From NCBI RefSeq assembly GCF_009914755.1, contig NC_060929.1: a stretch of 64,000 nt of DNA; one strand, given 5' to 3'. Position numbers and translations under genes: made by a program. The stretch's first letter is position 1. Every line of letters begins with the position of its first letter. Below the pieces are notes generated by a model that was not told where the DNA came from, searched no databases, and saw nothing but the letters and a program-made list of their open reading frames with translations. Below are positions 57,470 through 64,000 of the stretch, piece by piece. This DNA is from the human T2T-CHM13v2.0 reference genome, Homo sapiens.

Positions 57470-57640
57470 TTCTTACAATGACCCTAAAACGAGGCTATAT
57501 TTATAATCTCTATTTTATAGGTGAGGAGTCTTAGGCACACAGGTGTTAAATAAGACCTATGGTCATGTAGTGGCAGAACTGGAGTTAAACCCAGGTCATT
57601 TGATTCCAGAAGCTCCATGTTTAATCCTACCCCACATGGC
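57470..57640 (-). mobile_element. MIR
   Basis: ctattttataggtgagga..ggcagaactggagttaaacccagg. Confidence 0.75.
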
Positions 57641-57844
57641 CTTTGTTATGTCAATGTGTGAGTGTGGACACAGGACCTTTATGGAGCTGCTTCAAAATTA
57701 GTCATCAAAGATAAATCACTCTTCAAGGGAGGATTCATTGAGAGTGAGGAGGGGCAAAGAGGGGCTTGTAGTGTTACTGTAGGAGAGCCCTCTCCATATG
57801 GAAAGAAATATCAGATTAGGGAAAAGTGTTTCCTATCATAAAGC

Positions 57845-58057
57845 AACACTGTTAGTCCAAACGGTCCTTTGCAAAAATCAGAAAAAGGCAAACCTCTACT
57901 TCGTAGTGGCGGGAAAAAAGGCAAATCTTTCTCCAGACACTTTCTGCAGGAAAATTTTTGTTAAATAATACAAAAATTTATGATAACTGCTATGTGAGCG
58001 ACACATCCTATAGCCTGTGCAATACATAACTGGCATAACCATGTGTGGCAACTATGC
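57845..58057. mobile_element. MER91-like hAT-Tip100 MITE
   Basis: tgcaaaaatcagaaaaaggc...ctgtgcaatacataactggcataaccatgtgtggcaac. Confidence 0.55.
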
Positions 58058-58085
58058 CTCCCAATGCCCTAAGCCTTTAACTTCC

Positions 58086-58484
58086 TGTCATGGGCTGAAT
58101 TGTGTCCCCTACAAATTTATATTTCAAAATCCCAACCATCAGTACCTCAGAATGTAACCATGCTTTGAGATAACATTTTTAAAAGAGGTGATGAAGTTAA
58201 AATGCGGCCATTAGAGTGGGACCCTAAAACAATATGATTGGTGCCCTTTTAAGAAAAGGGAGAGACACTAGGGGAGCGTGTTCACAGAAGGATGACCATG
58301 TGTCATGTGAAGTGACAGCAGGGACTGCCATCTGCAAGCCAAGGAGAGGCCTCCCAGGAAGTCAACCCAGCTGGCATCTTGATCTTGGATTTCCAGCATA
58401 TGGAACTGTGAGGAAATAAACTTCCATTGTTTAAGCCACCGAGTCTTTGGTATTTTGTTATGGCAGCCTTAGTAAACTAGTACA
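58086..58484 (+). mobile_element. MLT1B-like solo LTR
   Basis: tgtcatgggctgaattgtgtcccc...ggcagccttagtaaactagtaca. Confidence 0.87.
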
Positions 58485-58744
58485 CACCGCTAACAGTTTC
58501 AACTGATTGGGTTAAAGCATGGGTGTGGATATGCCATGATGGGCATTTACAAGAGAAAACACACACACACATACTCTCTATTTATCTCTTACACACACAT
58601 ACACATACATACTTACACACATGTGGTGGGGGCAGAGGAAGGGAAGGTCGGGAAGAGAGAGCAAAAGAGAGGGAGAGAGAGACCACTATCCCACGAGAGA
58701 GAACTCTCAGCGTTGTAAAAGCTTGCTGCTGCTTTTTATAAATT

Positions 58745-59052
58745 TATTTTAATTTAACTAATTAATTTATTTATTTTGAGACAGAGTCTCACTCTGTCAC
58801 CCCGGCTGGAGTGCAGTGGTGCTATCTCAGCTCACTGCAATCTCTGCCTCCTGGGTTCAAGTGATTCTGCTGCCTCAGTCTCCTGAGTAGCTGGGATTAC
58901 AGGCCACCACACCCAGCTAATTTTTGTATTTTTAGTAGAGACAGGGTTTCACCATGTTGACCAGGCTGGTCTCGAACCCCTGACCTCAGGTGATTCACTG
59001 CCTCAGCCTCCCAAAGTGCTGGGATTACAGATGTGAGCCACCTTACCTGCCC
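58745..59052 (-). mobile_element. AluSx-like
   Basis: Dimer; TSD aaagcttgctgct. Confidence 0.95.
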
Positions 59053-59059
59053 AAAGCTT

Positions 59060-59290
59060 GCTGCTTCTAATTCCACATCCTCCACTCCTCACTCAGAACC
59101 ATGCCACCTCGCCTTTGTAACTTCAATTATAATTATATAATTATTTGTGTTCTTATTTGAATATTTTCCCCATTATGTGTCTTCACAAGAAGAGACCTTC
59201 CTTGTATCCTCAGTATCTACACAGTGAATGTCACATACTGAGTGATCAATAAATATTTCTTGGGTGAATGAATGAAGGAAGGAATGAGTG
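59060..59290 (+). mobile_element. L2 3' end
   Basis: tcaataaatatttcttgggtgaatgaatgaa terminus. Confidence 0.7.
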
Positions 59291-60291
59291 GATCTCTGAA
59301 CTCGTGACTATCTTCAATCAGATTATTACCTGATTAATACTGACATATATATTCCAGAAAAAATAAAAACATAATAATTATACAGAATAACAATTTATAT
59401 TTCCAGTTAAAATGACTGAAGTATACCCAGAAGAAAACCTTTCTTCATTAGAGTATCTTACTTTAAGGACTTTTTTTTAATTTGATGACATAAAAATCTG
59501 AGGTCTGGACTGTTTTCTATCATTAAAAGTCCCATGACTTTTCTTCACGCCCCAGATTCAATATGCCAGCCAAATTCTAGTAATTATGTGTTTCCTTCTT
59601 AGAATTCCCAAAGAGTATGAATTAGGAAGATAATTCTTTTCTTTCCTCTGTTGGCCATGATGGTCATTTACTGAAACTACCAATGTGTAATGCAGCTGAT
59701 GGGAAATATTAACTTGGGCCACAGCCATAGTTATGTTCTTTGGCTCAACAAACCTCCACAAGTTAGTGAAACAATGATTTGATTTAGGAGAGTTTGAACT
59801 CAAGGGTACACTAACTAAATTGTTGATGGTTAAAATGATTAAGAATAGAAGAGGAGGGGAAACTTGAAATTCCTGTACAGCTCTTGTAGCTTGTCTTTTC
59901 AAACTTCCATTTACTCATGTACCAGTGCTAAGAATTTTACATGAATTATATTATTTAATTTAATTATTACCCAACACTAAAAGGTTGGTACAATTATAGC
60001 CCCAGATTTTTAGATGAAGTATCTTTGGCTGAATGAGCTTAAGCAACTTGCTCAACGTGACCCAGCTATCATTAGAATCCAGGTATTTTCTTTTTTTTTG
60101 TTTTGGTTATCAAAATATTACATGTTTATTATAGATATTGTATAAAATAGACAAAGTATTAAAAACAAAATAAAATATCAGCCATAACCTCCAAGTCAGA
60201 GATGAATAAAATTAACATTTTGGTGACTGTTTTACTAGTGTTTATTTTCCACGATTATATGTGTCACAAAATGTTACAAGTATACCATGTA

Positions 60292-60623
60292 CAGTCATGC
60301 ACCGCATTAATGATGTTTGGGTCAACGACTGCATATGCAACGGTGGTCCTATAAGGTTATAATACCGTATTTTTACTGTACCTTTTCTATGTTTAGATAC
60401 ACAAATACTTACCATTGTGTTACAACTGCCTCCATTATTCAGTACAGTAACATGCCGTACAGGTTTGTAACCTAGGAGCAATAGGCTATACAATACAGCT
60501 AGGTGTGTAGTAGGCTATACTATCTAGGTTTGTGTAAGTACACACTGTGATGTTTGCATAACAAAATCACCTAACCTCACATTTCTCGGAACATATCCCC
60601 ATAGTTAAGCAGTTATATGACTT
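60292..60623. mobile_element. Tigger3a/MER7A-like MITE within an L1ME fragment
   Basis: TA-cagtcatgcaccgcat...gttaagcagttatatgact TIRs. Confidence 0.88.
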
Positions 60624-60794
60624 TATAGTATTTTGCAATCTGCTTCTTAAAAATTTGAATTTTATTTTAGTGAATATATTTCTACAGCATCACTTTTAGT
60701 GATTATACACTATTCTGATTTATTAAATTAATATATTTAATCAATTGTTTATACATGTAATTTGTAGTTACTTTGCTATTAAAAATTATGTGAC

Positions 60795-64000
<3,206 letters not shown>

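Noticed and set aside
57500-57526. Plus-strand tattttatAG|GTGAGG recursive-splice-like motif
   Set aside because: It is a variant of the MIR core (cattttacagatgagg) with a weak pyrimidine tract.
57905-57920. E2F consensus (ggcgggaaaa)
   Set aside because: Single short motif inside a MER91-like repeat, with no CpG island or promoter context.

Overview
Primate (human-like) AT-rich non-coding genomic DNA, either intronic or intergenic, dominated by interspersed repeats. It holds more than 20 Alu/FLAM/FAM copies, L1 relics of many ages, L2/MIR, many MaLR/ERVL/ERV1 LTRs, two near-complete MaLR (MLT1) proviruses, an LTR-less ERV1 pol fragment and several Tigger/hAT DNA transposons. I cannot support any host protein-coding gene. 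The only protein-like ORFs are decayed ERV pol (45.8-47.7 kb, minus) and L1 ORF2 (60.8-64 kb, plus). The most notable unexplained signals are: (i) minus-strand recursive-splice-like 'polypyrimidine-AG|GT(A/G)AG' sites, one with a textbook RS-exon layout at about 50.1 kb; (ii) an AluJ-L1MA chimera inside a single target-site duplication (TSD); (iii) a tiny (~50 nt) double-hairpin retroposed element with poly(A) and TSD; (iv) a near-consensus CTCF site; (v) several fold-back or serial template-switch scars. Subfamily names come from my recollection of consensus sequences, not a database search. Repeat boundaries are approximate unless a TSD is quoted.
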